Source of the DNA: Longimicrobiales bacterium
Lineage (GTDB): Bacteria; Gemmatimonadota; Gemmatimonadetes; Longimicrobiales; Gaopeijiaceae
Length of the DNA stretch: 64,000 bases
Direction of reading: 5' to 3'
NCBI GenBank assembly: GCA_965115975.1
Contig: OZ220468.1
Coordinates: 629,060-693,059, forward strand
Part shown: positions 1 to 11,332 of the stretch, piece by piece
How the letters are laid out: every line of letters begins with the position of its first letter
Numbering within the stretch: position 1 is the first letter of the stretch
Translations under genes and position numbers: made by a program
The notes under the pieces: generated by a model
The model's database searches: none
The model's input: only the letters and a program-made list of their open reading frames with translations
What the model was told of the DNA's origin: nothing

Positions 1-30
1 CATCAGGAGGAGGGAGAGCAGACCTCGCGA

Positions 31-2340
31 ATGGCCATGGCGATCGTCGCCAACGCCGTGGTGTTCCACACCACGCTCGTGGGACGCCACGGGATCCCCG
101 GATTCGACGGCCTCCGAGGCGAATTGGGTCGCGTCTCCCAGTCGGAGCTCATCCAATGCTGGCGGCGCATCCTGAGGATCAACTACTGGCCGATCTTCAG
201 CATCGCGATCAAGCTGATACTCGAGATCCGCTCTCGCGCGTTTCGCCCGATCATGGACCGGCTCGTGGCCGCCGCTCAGGAGCTCTCCGAGATTGGCGCG
301 ACCAGTCTGAACGACCTCTCCGGGCGCATGTTCCAGCGCCTGATCGTAGACCGGAAGTTCCTCGCCACCTTCTACACGCTGCCCACTTCGGCCACGTTGC
401 TGGCCGAGCTCGCGATTCCAGAGCTGGACGTCGACTGGGAAGACGCCTCGTCGATCCAGGCATTGCGGATGGGGGATCTCGCCTGCGGGACCGGAGCCCT
501 TCTGCTGGCGGCCTACCACGGCGTGCTCGGCCGGTACCGACGCACCGGACGGGACGACGCCGAGCTGCACGCGGGGATGATGGAGCGCGCTCTGGTGGCG
601 GCGGACATCATGCCGGCGGCCACGCACCTGACGGCGTCCAACCTGTCGGCGGCGCACCCGAGCGTGACGTTCGAGGGCACGCGGGTGTACACGATGCCCT
701 ACGGGGAGCAGCCCGACAGTCGGCGCCACGCCGCGGCCATCGGATCGCTGGATCTCCTGGACGAGGGCCATATCGCGTACGCGCTGTTCGGCACCGGGCA
801 GACGCAGGCGCGCGGCGACCGGGCCGCCGTGGACGACGTGAACGTCGACGTCCAACATGGATCGCTGGACCTCGCGATCATGAATCCGCCGTTTACGCGC
901 CCGACGAACCACGAAGCGACGGACGTGCCGGTGCCGTCGTTCGCGGGGTTCGACACGGCGAGGGCCGAACAGCGCGCGATGTCGAAACGACTGAAGCGCA
1001 TTCGCCAGCGACCGGGGTCGAGGGCGGGCCACGGCAACGCCGGACTGGCGTCGTATTTCGTGGATCTCGCGCACGTCAAGACGCGTCCCGGAGGCGTCGT
1101 CGCGCTGGTTCTCCCGGCGTCGTTCGCGCAGGGCGGCTCCTGGAAGTCGGCGCGGGAGCTGATCGCGGCGGAGTACGAGAACGTCGTGGTGGTCGGCATC
1201 GCGGCGACGGGGAGCACGAGCCGGGCGTTCTCGGCGGACACGGGGATGGCCGAGGTCCTGCTGATCGGCAGGAAGGCGCGGGCAGGCGCAGCGGGCGACG
1301 GCAGGGCGCTGTTCGTGAATCTCCGCCGTCGGCCGAAGAGTCTTCTCGAGGCGGCCGAAGTGGCGCGCGCGATCCGCGGGCGAGTCGAGTCCGGCTCTCC
1401 GAGCACGGGCTGGCTGCACGTTGGCGAGGGCGCGGTGGGAAGCTACGTGGAGGATTCGCTGGCCGATTGCGGCGCGGCGGGCGTGGCGAATCCGGACCTG
1501 GTCGGGACGATGCGCGAGCTGGAAGCCCAGCGGCTCCGACTGCCCCGTCGATCGGGGTCGCTCGAGGTTCCGGTTGCGGCGCTCGGCGAGCTGGGAACGC
1601 GCGGCCCGGTCCATCGGGACATCAACGGGAGACATCCAGACGGAGCCTCGCGCGGGCCATTCGACGTCGTGGACCTGAGCGACGCGGAACAGCCGCCGAC
1701 GTATCCGGTCCTTTGGGCTCATCAAGCGTCGCGAGAGCGCTGTCTCGTCGTGGATCCCGACCGGGCGGGTCGCGTCCGCGACGGCTGCGACGATCGCGCG
1801 GTGGCCGTTTGGAACGCGGCGGCGGGTCGCCTGCACTTCAACCTGGACTTCCGGGTCAACTCGCAGAGCCTGGCGGCGTGCATGACGCCGGAACCCGTGA
1901 TCGGCGGTGTGGCTTGGCCGAGCTTTCTCCCAGAAGTGGCGGACTGGGAATGCGCCCTCGCCCTGTGGGCCAACACGACGCTGGGACTCATGTCGTCTTG
2001 GTGGAAGGGTTCTCGGCAGCAGCAAGGCCGATCGCGTTTGACGATCTCGCGGCTCCCGGAATTGTCCGTGGTCGATTGCCGTCAACTCACGTCGGGACAA
2101 CTAGATCGAGCCAAGGCGATCTTCGAGGAGTTCAGAGACCGCACCCTGCTGCCCGCCAACGAAGCCTATCGCGACGACGTTCGGGCCGACTTGGATCGAG
2201 CCGTGATGGTGGACCTGCTCGAACTGCCGGAGTCGATCTCGTCGTCTCTAGAACTGCTGCGCCGTCAATGGTGCGCGGAGCCCAGCGTTCACGGGGGCAA
2301 GTCGACCCAACCGAGCGAGGTCCCCGAACGAACTGCGTGA
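31..2340 (+). CDS. N6-adenine DNA methyltransferase-like protein (motif I before motif IV, gamma-class order)
   Basis: 769-aa ORF. SAM motif I DLACGTGALLLAAY and catalytic motif IV IMNPPFTRP. The frame is open back to base 1, so the start could lie upstream, although AGGAGG at 5-10 precedes ATG31. Confidence 0.7.
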   Translation: MAMAIVANAVVFHTTLVGRHGIPGFDGLRGELGRVSQSELIQCWRRILRINYWPIFSIAIKLILEIRSRAFRPIMDRLVAAAQELSEIGATSLNDLSGRMFQRLIVDRKFLATFYTLPTSATLLAELAIPELDVDWEDASSIQALRMGDLACGTGALLLAAYHGVLGRYRRTGRDDAELHAGMMERALVAADIMPAATHLTASNLSAAHPSVTFEGTRVYTMPYGEQPDSRRHAAAIGSLDLLDEGHIAYALFGTGQTQARGDRAAVDDVNVDVQHGSLDLAIMNPPFTRPTNHEATDVPVPSFAGFDTARAEQRAMSKRLKRIRQRPGSRAGHGNAGLASYFVDLAHVKTRPGGVVALVLPASFAQGGSWKSARELIAAEYENVVVVGIAATGSTSRAFSADTGMAEVLLIGRKARAGAAGDGRALFVNLRRRPKSLLEAAEVARAIRGRVESGSPSTGWLHVGEGAVGSYVEDSLADCGAAGVANPDLVGTMRELEAQRLRLPRRSGSLEVPVAALGELGTRGPVHRDINGRHPDGASRGPFDVVDLSDAEQPPTYPVLWAHQASRERCLVVDPDRAGRVRDGCDDRAVAVWNAAAGRLHFNLDFRVNSQSLAACMTPEPVIGGVAWPSFLPEVADWECALALWANTTLGLMSSWWKGSRQQQGRSRLTISRLPELSVVDCRQLTSGQLDRAKAIFEEFRDRTLLPANEAYRDDVRADLDRAVMVDLLELPESISSSLELLRRQWCAEPSVHGGKSTQPSEVPERTA

Positions 2341-2442
2341 CGTCCCCCGCCCGGGGTCGAACCCATGCGGGCCCTCCGCTAGCTTTCGAGGCCGGGCGGG
2401 GAAACCTCTCGCCCTCGGTCGCCACGCCCCCTTTTCGCGCCC

Positions 2443-3504
2443 ATGACCCAGAGAAAACGCGTCCTGTCCGGCATTCAGCCGACGGCCGTCATGACGATCG
2501 GCAACTACTTCGGCGCCGTCCGGAACTGGGTGAAGATGCAAGACGAGTGCGACTGCGTGTACTGCGTCGTCGACCTGCACGCCATGACGTCCAGCGCCGA
2601 CCCGGAGGCGCTGCGGCGCTCGTCGAAGGACATGTTCGTCAGCCTGCTCGCGGCGGGGATCGATCCCGACCGAGCCACCCTTTTCGTCCAGTCGACCGTG
2701 CCCGAACACGCCGAGCTGTGCTGGCTGCTGGCCACGCTCACGTCGCTGGGCGATCTCGGGCGCATGACCCAGTTCAAGGAGAAGTCGGGCCTGCTGCAGG
2801 GCGACCCGGCCGAGGACGGCGGCGAGTTCACCTCGGCGGGCCTCCTGTTCTACCCGGTGCTCCAGGCCGCCGACATCCTGGCCTACCGCGCCGACTTCGT
2901 CCCGGTGGGGCAGGATCAGGACCAGCACCTCGAGCTGACCAGGGGCGTCGCCAGACGGTTCAACGCGCGCTACGGAACCGTGTTTCCCGAGCCGCGCACC
3001 ATGCACGCGCCCGTGACCAAGATCCTGTCCACGGCCGACCCCGGCCGGAAGATGAGCAAGAGCCTGGGCCCGAAGCACTACATCGGCCTCTTCGAGGACG
3101 AGGACTCCGTCCGGCGGAAGATCCGTTCGGCGGTGACCGACTCGGGCAGGGCGCCCCAAGCCGCGAACGGGCCTTCGGACGATGCGTCCGCCGGGCGCGC
3201 CGCGAGCCCGGGGATCGAGAATCTGCTGACGATCCTCGCGGCCTGCGGGCGCGCCGACGAGGCGCGCCAGATGCGCAGCGACTACTTCGACGACTCGTTG
3301 CGCTACGTTGATCTCAAGAACGAAACGGCCGACGGCTTGGTCGATCTGACCCGCCGGATGCGGGAACGCCGCGACGAGATCCTGCGTCGGCGGACGGATC
3401 TGGACGACTTGATCGAGGCCATGGGGACGAAGGCTCGATCGCTGGCCAGGGAGACGCTCGAGCTCGTCCGGGAGAGGATGGGGGTGTTCCCCCCCTCGCC
3501 TTGA
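2443..3504 (+). CDS. trpS: tryptophan--tRNA ligase
   Basis: Class I aaRS signatures: N-terminal SGIQPTAVMTIGNYFGA, and KMSKS as GRKMSKSLG. 353 aa, typical length. Confidence 0.93.
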   Translation: MTQRKRVLSGIQPTAVMTIGNYFGAVRNWVKMQDECDCVYCVVDLHAMTSSADPEALRRSSKDMFVSLLAAGIDPDRATLFVQSTVPEHAELCWLLATLTSLGDLGRMTQFKEKSGLLQGDPAEDGGEFTSAGLLFYPVLQAADILAYRADFVPVGQDQDQHLELTRGVARRFNARYGTVFPEPRTMHAPVTKILSTADPGRKMSKSLGPKHYIGLFEDEDSVRRKIRSAVTDSGRAPQAANGPSDDASAGRAASPGIENLLTILAACGRADEARQMRSDYFDDSLRYVDLKNETADGLVDLTRRMRERRDEILRRRTDLDDLIEAMGTKARSLARETLELVRERMGVFPPSP

Positions 3505-3577
3505 TTCGCTCGGGCGCGATTTCACTGGACACGCGAACGGACGCGGCGACGCCGCGCGAACTCGAGGAGGTCTTTGC

Positions 3578-4516
3578 GTGAGTCTTGGCGAGAACGGGAG
3601 CGTCGACGTCGGCGGCGTCCTGATTCCGGTCACCACGCCGTTCCGTCCCGGCGAAGGCGACCTGGACCGGGCGGCGCTCGCCGCGAACGTGCGGCGGTGG
3701 AGCGGCACCGGCGTGCACGGGCTGGTGGTGGGCGGATCGACCGGCGAGGCCGTGCTCCTGGACGAGGACGAGCGCCTCGCCGCGTTCGAGACCGTCCGCG
3801 ACGCCGCGAGCGACGACCTGACGCTCGTGGCGGGGACCGGAGCCGAGTCCCTGCGCGCCACGATCCGCATGACGAGCCGGGCGGCGTCGCTGGGCTACGA
3901 CGCGGTCCTGGTCCAGCCCCCGGCCTTCTACCGGGGCGCCATGAAGCCGGGCGTCGTCCGGGACCACTACCTCGCCGTCGCCGAGCGCTCCGAGGTCCCG
4001 GTCGTCGTGTACCAGGCGCCGACCCGATTCAGCACGCTGGACCTGCCCACGGGACTGATCGCCGAGCTGTCGGCGCACGAGAACGTCGTCGGCGTCAAGG
4101 ACTCGAGAGGGAAGCTCGAACTCGTGGGCGACCTGCTGACGCAGACGACCGCCGGCTTCCAGGTCCTCGTGGGAAGCGGCGCGATTCTCTACGCCGCTCT
4201 CGAGCTCGGGGCGTCCGGCGGCATCCTGGGCGTCGCGAACCTCGCCCCGGCCCAGTGCGCGTCGATCTTCGAGCTCTTCCGCGCCGGCGACGCTCGAGCC
4301 GCAGGCCGGATCCAGGAGGGGATCGGGCGCCTCCACGACGCCGTCGTCGGCGGCATGGGCGTGGCCGGCGTCAAGCGCGGCCTCGACCTGCTCGGATTCG
4401 GGGGAGGTCTCCCCAGACCTCCCTTGCCGCCGCTGCCCGCCCAGGCGAGCGGGGAGATCGCGGCTCGTCTGCGGGACGCCGGCGTCCGGATCCCGGACGG
4501 TCCGGTCGCCGCTTGA
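3578..4516 (+). CDS. dihydrodipicolinate synthase family class I aldolase (true DapA not certain)
   Basis: GGSTGEAVLL and Schiff-base lysine motif VVGVKDSRGK. GTG start preceded by GGAGG. 312 aa. Confidence 0.8.
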   Translation: MSLGENGSVDVGGVLIPVTTPFRPGEGDLDRAALAANVRRWSGTGVHGLVVGGSTGEAVLLDEDERLAAFETVRDAASDDLTLVAGTGAESLRATIRMTSRAASLGYDAVLVQPPAFYRGAMKPGVVRDHYLAVAERSEVPVVVYQAPTRFSTLDLPTGLIAELSAHENVVGVKDSRGKLELVGDLLTQTTAGFQVLVGSGAILYAALELGASGGILGVANLAPAQCASIFELFRAGDARAAGRIQEGIGRLHDAVVGGMGVAGVKRGLDLLGFGGGLPRPPLPPLPAQASGEIAARLRDAGVRIPDGPVAA

Positions 4517-4527
4517 CGGCGATCGCA

Positions 4528-5814
<1,287 letters not shown>

Positions 5815-5898
5815 CCCGGTCGCCCCTGCGGGCGCCCGGCGGTCGGGCGCCGATCGCACGCGCGTTCTCTCCGGCGGGCGTCGCCCGGGCGGGTTCGG

Positions 5899-7206
5899 GT
5901 GTTTGAGGACCTCAGCCGCAAGCTGGACGGAGTTCTCGGGCGTTTCCGGCAGCGCGGACTCCTCACCGAGCCCATGATCCGGGAGGGCCTTCGCGAGGTG
6001 CGAAGAGCCCTGCTGGAAGCCGACGTCAACTTCCGCGTCACGCGCTCCTTCCTCGCCCGGGTCCAGGAGCGGGCCACGGGGCGCCGCGTGCTCAAGTCCG
6101 TCTCTCCGGGTCAGCAGATCGTGAAGATCGTGCACGACGAGTTGGCCGCCCTGATGGGCGGCGACGGCGATCACCGGCTGCGGTGGTCGCCCGCCCCGCC
6201 GACGGTCGTCATGCTCGTGGGCCTCCAGGGATCCGGCAAGACGTCCACGGCCGCCAAGCTCGCCAAGCGACTGACCCGCCAGGGACGCTCGACGCTGCTC
6301 GCCGCCTGCGACCTGCATCGGCCCGCGGCCGTGGAGCAGCTGCGCGTCCTGGGCGAGCGGGCCCAGGTCGAGGTGCACTTCGAGGAAGGCGCGACCGATC
6401 CGGTCGCCGTCGCGCGGGCGAGTCATCGCCGGGCCCGGCGGACGAAAGCGGGGGCCCTCGTCGTCGACACGGCGGGTCGGCTGCAGGTCGACGAGCCGTT
6501 GATGGACGAATTGGTCCGGCTCAAGGAAGCGCTTCGTCCGCGCGAGATTCTGCTCGTGGCCGACGCGATGACCGGCCAGGAGGCCGTGCGCATCGCCGAG
6601 GGGTTCGACCGCGCGCTCGACCTCACCGGCTTCGTTCTGGCCAAGATGGACGGGGACGCCCGCGGGGGCGCGGCGCTCTCCATCCACGGCGTCACGGGCA
6701 AGCCGCTCAAGTTCGTGGGCACCGGCGAGGGCGTGGATGCCTTGGAAGCGGTGGATCCGCAACGAATTGCGGACCGCATCCTGCAGAAGGGCGATGTGGT
6801 CGGGCTGGTCGAACGGGCTCAAGCCGTCGTGGACGTCGACGACGCGCGGAAGATCCAGGACAAGGTCTTGGGCAAGGGTCGTTTTACCTTGGAGGACTTC
6901 CTGGGCGCCATGCGGCAGGTGCAGAGGATGGGACCGCTGGATCAGCTGATGAAGATGATCCCCGGCCTGGCCCGACGCATGCCCGTTCAGGATGTGGATC
7001 CGAAGAAGCTCAAGCACATCGAGGCGATCATCCTCTCGATGACGCCCGACGAGCGTCGTCGGCCGGAGATTCTCGACGGTTCGCGCCGGAAGCGGATCGC
7101 GCGCGGCAGCGGTCGCCCCGTCCACGAAGTGAATCGCCTGATCAAGCGATTTCGCGAGATGGAGAAGACGCTCAAGAAAATGAAGGGGCTCGTGCCCGGG
7201 ATGTAG
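5899..7206 (+). CDS. ffh: signal recognition particle protein Ffh
   Basis: MFEDLSRKLDGVLGRF N-terminus, GTPase motifs GLQGSGKTSTAAKLA and DTAGRL, Met-rich M domain at the C-terminus. Confidence 0.95.
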   Translation: MFEDLSRKLDGVLGRFRQRGLLTEPMIREGLREVRRALLEADVNFRVTRSFLARVQERATGRRVLKSVSPGQQIVKIVHDELAALMGGDGDHRLRWSPAPPTVVMLVGLQGSGKTSTAAKLAKRLTRQGRSTLLAACDLHRPAAVEQLRVLGERAQVEVHFEEGATDPVAVARASHRRARRTKAGALVVDTAGRLQVDEPLMDELVRLKEALRPREILLVADAMTGQEAVRIAEGFDRALDLTGFVLAKMDGDARGGAALSIHGVTGKPLKFVGTGEGVDALEAVDPQRIADRILQKGDVVGLVERAQAVVDVDDARKIQDKVLGKGRFTLEDFLGAMRQVQRMGPLDQLMKMIPGLARRMPVQDVDPKKLKHIEAIILSMTPDERRRPEILDGSRRKRIARGSGRPVHEVNRLIKRFREMEKTLKKMKGLVPGM

Positions 7207-7297
7207 ATCCGGGCCCGGCGAGATCCCCAGGAGAAACCGGGCCTCGAGTCGCGAGGCCCGCGAGTTGACCCGCAGACCGGGAAGGTTGGCAAGAGAC

Positions 7298-7678
7298 ATG
7301 TCCGTGAGAATCCGTCTTCGCCGCATGGGCAAGAAGAAGCAGCCCCACTACCGCATCGTCGTGGCCGACGGCCGCGCTCCCAGGGACGGGAGGTTCGTCG
7401 AGAACGTCGGCTACTACAGTCCCGTGTCGAGTCCGGCTCGACTATCCGTCGCGCTCGATCGCGTCCAGCACTGGGTTGGCCGGGGCGCCGTCGTCTCGCC
7501 GACCGTCGAGAGCCTCGTGAGGAAGGCTCGCGCCGGAGGCGACGACCGAGTCGCCCTGGTGCCGGCCGACGCCGACGCGGAGCCCGCGACCGGAGAGGCC
7601 GACGAGGCCCCGGGCGCCGAGGGCGGCCCCGAACCCGAGTCCGAGGACGCGGCGGCCGGAGAGAGCGCCTCGGAGTGA
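7298..7678 (+). CDS. rpsP: 30S ribosomal protein S16 with acidic C-terminal extension
   Basis: MSVRIRLRRMGKKKQPHYRIVVADGRAPRDGRFVENVGYYSP. ATG at 7298 inside the longer TTG-started track ORF. Confidence 0.93.
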   Translation: MSVRIRLRRMGKKKQPHYRIVVADGRAPRDGRFVENVGYYSPVSSPARLSVALDRVQHWVGRGAVVSPTVESLVRKARAGGDDRVALVPADADAEPATGEADEAPGAEGGPEPESEDAAAGESASE

Positions 7679-8211
7679 GCTCCGAGGGGCGCCCGCGCTT
7701 CCTCGTCGTGGGTCACGTGAACAAGCCCCACGGCAGGAAGGGCGAGGTCTTCGTCTGGTCGCTCACCGACTATCCGGCCAGCCACTTCTCTCCGGGAGTC
7801 CTTCATCGAACCGGCGACGGCGAGCGGCCGTCGGCCGCCGCCGAATCGCTGGCGGTCGAGTCGGCGCGCCCGTTCCGCAAGGGATTCCTGATCCGATTCG
7901 AGGGCGTGGACGACCGCGACGCCGCCGAGGCGCTTCGCGGACGCTACCTGCATCGCCCCTTCGAGGCGATGGACGAGCCGGCGGACGGAGAGTTCTTCTA
8001 CCACGAGCTGTTGGGCGCGGCGGTCGAGACGCGCGCCGGAGAGCCTCTTGGCGAGGTCCGAGAAGTCTACGCGCTCGAGCCGAACCACCTGCTCCGGGTG
8101 GCGGGCCGCGGCGGCGAGGTGCTGGTGCCCTTCGTCGCGCGCTGCGTCGTCGAGGTGGACCGCGAGAAGCGCCGCATCGTCGTGGACCTGCCGGAGGGAC
8201 TGGCGCCGTGA
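7675..8211 (+). CDS. rimM: 16S rRNA processing protein RimM
   Basis: FLVVGHVNKPHGRKGEVFVWSLTDYP motif. GTG overlaps the rpsP stop. Conserved operon position. Confidence 0.9.
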   Translation: MSSEGRPRFLVVGHVNKPHGRKGEVFVWSLTDYPASHFSPGVLHRTGDGERPSAAAESLAVESARPFRKGFLIRFEGVDDRDAAEALRGRYLHRPFEAMDEPADGEFFYHELLGAAVETRAGEPLGEVREVYALEPNHLLRVAGRGGEVLVPFVARCVVEVDREKRRIVVDLPEGLAP

Positions 8212-8864
8212 TCGCCGTCAACCTGGTCACGATCTTCCCCGGCTTCTTCGGCGCCCCGCTCGAGACCAGCATCATGGGTCGGGCGGCGAGAGCCGGACTC
8301 GCGAGGTATCGGGTGGTCGATCTGCGGCGCTACGCCAGCGACGTCCACCGCACGGTCGACGACCAGCCCTACGGCGGAGGCGCCGGGATGGTCATGAAGC
8401 CGGAGCCGTTCTTCGAGGCCGTCGACGATCTGGCGCCCTCGGGACCCGTCGTCCTGCTCTCGGCCCGGGGTCGGCCGTTCGGCCACCGGGACGCCGCGCG
8501 GCTCTCGCTCGAGTCGGAGGTCACGTTCCTTTGCGGGCACTACAAGGACGTCGATCAACGGGTCGCCGACCACCTGGCGACCGAGGAGCTGTCGTTGGGG
8601 AAGTTCGTCCTTTCCGGCGGCGAGCCGGCCGCGCTGGCGATGACGGACGCCATCGTGCGTCTGCTGCCCGGCGCGCTGGGCGATCACGAGTCCGCCTCCT
8701 CGGACTCCTTCTACGACGGCGACGCGATCTCGGCGCCCTCCTACACGCGACCGGCCGAGTACCGCGGACTCGCGGTGCCGGAAGTTCTGCGCAGCGGCGA
8801 CCATCGGCGGATCCGCGAGTGGCGAAGGGCGGCTTCGGAGCGCCTCGGCCGAAATCGTCGGTAG
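8208..8864 (+). CDS. trmD: tRNA (guanine37-N1)-methyltransferase
   Basis: VTIFPGFFGAPLETSIMGRA, YGGGAGMVMKPEP, LSGGEPAALAMTDAIVRLLPGAL. Start overlaps the rimM stop. Confidence 0.93.
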   Translation: MIAVNLVTIFPGFFGAPLETSIMGRAARAGLARYRVVDLRRYASDVHRTVDDQPYGGGAGMVMKPEPFFEAVDDLAPSGPVVLLSARGRPFGHRDAARLSLESEVTFLCGHYKDVDQRVADHLATEELSLGKFVLSGGEPAALAMTDAIVRLLPGALGDHESASSDSFYDGDAISAPSYTRPAEYRGLAVPEVLRSGDHRRIREWRRAASERLGRNRR

Positions 8865-9039
8865 GACGCGCTCGCGGCGCCGCCGCGCCGGCCCGCGAAC
8901 GCCGCTCGAGCCGCGCGCGGCCCGAGCTTGGCGCGGATCCCCGACGCGCCGCAGGGACCCCGGCCGTTTCCGAACAAAGTCCGAAGTCGTAGCTTCCACG
9001 CCGAGTTCGAGATTCCGGCGCGAGCGCCAGGGAGACGAC

Positions 9040-9861
9040 ATGCCCGACCGAAGCGCCATCGAGTGGACCGATGCGACGTGGAACCCGACCACGGGATGCA
9101 CTCCCGTGTCCGCTGGGTGCGACCGTTGCTACGCCGAGCGGCTGTCGAGGGGGCGGTTGGCGCGCGTCTACCTCGCGAGGGCGCCGGTCGCCGATGCGCC
9201 GGAGAACCGCCGCGACCCGTTCGCGGTGCGTCTGTGGCCGGAGCGACTCCGCATGCCGGCGGCGTGGCGGAAGCCCCGACGGGTGTTCGTCGACTCGATG
9301 TCGGACCTGTTTCACGGCGACGTTCCCGACGGCTTCCTGCGCCGGTGCTTCGAGGCGATGCTGGACGCCAACCGGCACGTGTATCAAGTCCTGACCAAGC
9401 GTCCCGCCCGGGCGGCGAGGTTCGTCCGACGTCGTCGCGACCTTTTCCCGCAGGGCCTGCCCGCCCACATCTGGATCGGGACGTCGGTCGAAAACCAAGC
9501 GGTGGACCATCGGGTGCGGCATCTTCTCGCCGTGTCGGCGGCAGTGCGGTTCCTGAGCTGCGAGCCGTTGATCGGTCCCTTCGACCTGAGCCCCTTCGTC
9601 GGCGAGTCGTCCGAAGGCGGGCTGCACTGGGTGATCGCGGGCGGCGAGAGCGGCGTCGGCGCGAGGCCGTTGGATCCCGCGTGGGTCCGCGCGATCAGGG
9701 ATCGGTGCCTGGCCGCGGGCGTGCCGTTCTTCTTCAAGCAGTGGGGCGGGCGGACGCCGAAGTCCGGCGGCCGCCGGTTGGACGGACGCGAGTGGAACGA
9801 GGCGCCGCGCATCGACGGCGCGGCCCGAGACGCGGCGCTGCGCGGTCTCCCGCGGCGCTGA
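9040..9861 (+). CDS. phage Gp37/Gp68 family (DUF5131) three-Cys-motif protein
   Basis: N-terminus SAIEWTDATWNPTTGCTPVSAGCDRCYAE (C-x6-C-x2-C) and FVDSMSDLFH, both characteristic of the family. 273 aa. Confidence 0.8.
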   Translation: MPDRSAIEWTDATWNPTTGCTPVSAGCDRCYAERLSRGRLARVYLARAPVADAPENRRDPFAVRLWPERLRMPAAWRKPRRVFVDSMSDLFHGDVPDGFLRRCFEAMLDANRHVYQVLTKRPARAARFVRRRRDLFPQGLPAHIWIGTSVENQAVDHRVRHLLAVSAAVRFLSCEPLIGPFDLSPFVGESSEGGLHWVIAGGESGVGARPLDPAWVRAIRDRCLAAGVPFFFKQWGGRTPKSGGRRLDGREWNEAPRIDGAARDAALRGLPRR

Positions 9862-10026
9862 ACGGCCCCGGTCGGTTCGGCCGTCGTCCCGGCCGCAACC
9901 GACGGCGGCGGGTTCCAATCGCCGAACGGTCCGCGTACCTTTCGACTTCAGCCGGTTGGCGGTTCGGAGGCCGACGAACGCCGTTTCCGCGACTTGGATG
10001 GCGACCGCTCACGGGGGAGTGTTCTC

Positions 10027-10386
10027 ATGGCCGACGTACTCCAGCAGTTGGAAACCGAACACGCCAGGGACGACCTCCCGGAGTTCTTCCCCGGCGACAC
10101 GATTCGGGTTCTCTATCGGGTCCGCGAAGGGCAGAAGGAGAGGATCCAGGCCTTCGAGGGCGTGTGCCTGGCCCGCCGCGGCTCGGGAACGGGCGAGACG
10201 TTCACCGTCCGCAAGCGCTCGGGCGGGATCGGCGTCGAGCGCGTGTTCCCGGTCCAGGCTCCGACGGTGGGCGGCGTCGAAGTGGTGCGCCGGGGTCGGG
10301 TCCGCCGGGCGAAGCTGTACTACCTGAGGGCGCTTCGCGGCAAGGCCGCGCGCATCAAGGAGAAGCGGACCTTTCGGCCCCAGTAG
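10027..10386 (+). CDS. rplS: 50S ribosomal protein L19
   Basis: [35 protein letters not shown]...FTVRK...GVERVFP. ATG10027 inside the longer track ORF. Confidence 0.93.
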   Translation: MADVLQQLETEHARDDLPEFFPGDTIRVLYRVREGQKERIQAFEGVCLARRGSGTGETFTVRKRSGGIGVERVFPVQAPTVGGVEVVRRGRVRRAKLYYLRALRGKAARIKEKRTFRPQ

Positions 10387-10469
10387 GCCTCTCCGGCCGG
10401 CACGGCGGGACGCCGTTGGCGGGCGACGCCGGGGCGGGGGGCGAATTCGAGACCGCCGCCGAGTCCCTA

Positions 10470-11111
10470 GTGCGCTCGGCCGACGCGGGGACGCCGGACG
10501 ACTACGAGCGCCGTCTCTGGGCGCGGGGCGTTCTTCGCATCGCCGGCGTGGACGAAGCGGGGCGGGGACCGCTGGCGGGACCCGTGGTCGCGGCGGCCGT
10601 CGTCCTGCGACCGGGAGCGGTCGTCGAGGGGGCGAGGGACTCGAAGGTCCTCTCGGCGTCCCGGCGTCGCGATCTGGCTCGAGCGATCAGCGCGCGGGCC
10701 GCGGCGGTCGCCTTGGGAGCCGCGTCGGTGAGCGAGATCGATCGCCTCGACATCCTCGGCGCCACGACGCTGGCCATGAATCGCGCGTTGGGCCGTCTCG
10801 GCCTCGAGCCCGACCGCGTGGTCGTCGACGGACTTCCCGTTCGCGGACTGAATTGGGAGCACGAGGCCGTCGTGGGGGGCGACGCGCGGGTCCACTCCGT
10901 CGCCTGCGCGTCGGTCGTCGCCAAGGTGTGCCGGGACCGGCTGATGCGGCGCCTCGCGCGCCGCTACCCCGAGTACGGCTGGGAGAGGAACAAGGGCTAC
11001 GCGACGCCCGAACACCGGGCAGCGCTCCGAGGCGCGGGCCCGACGCCTCACCACCGCGTCGACTTTGGATCGCTCCAGCTGGAGCTCGACCTCTCGGCGG
11101 GAGCGGGCTGA
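10470..11111 (+). CDS. rnhB: ribonuclease HII
   Basis: IAGVDEAGRGPLAGPVVAAAVVL catalytic motif, DSKVLS, GYATPEHRAAL. GTG10470 chosen inside the long artefactual ORF 8928-11111. Confidence 0.88.
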   Translation: MRSADAGTPDDYERRLWARGVLRIAGVDEAGRGPLAGPVVAAAVVLRPGAVVEGARDSKVLSASRRRDLARAISARAAAVALGAASVSEIDRLDILGATTLAMNRALGRLGLEPDRVVVDGLPVRGLNWEHEAVVGGDARVHSVACASVVAKVCRDRLMRRLARRYPEYGWERNKGYATPEHRAALRGAGPTPHHRVDFGSLQLELDLSAGAG

Positions 11112-11160
11112 AGGGTTTTCCCGAGCCTGTCAGGCGACACGCGGGCGTTATTTTCCCGGT

Positions 11161-11233
<73 letters not shown>

Positions 11234-11332
11234 TGCGCCCGTCGGGTGCGCGGACCTCGGGAGCGGCGCCGTGTCCGGCCCGTGGCGGTCGCCCGAGAGG
11301 CCACGGAGGGCCTGCGCTTCGGGAGCGTCGTC

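Noticed and set aside
2345-2401. 10-bp perfect inverted repeat CCCCGCCCGG ... CCGGGCGGGG between the methyltransferase and trpS, considered as a terminator or T-box-like leader.
   Set aside because: The 37-nt loop is too large for a simple intrinsic terminator. No T-box specifier or antiterminator features are recognisable, and a GC-rich 10-mer complement is not very surprising at this composition.
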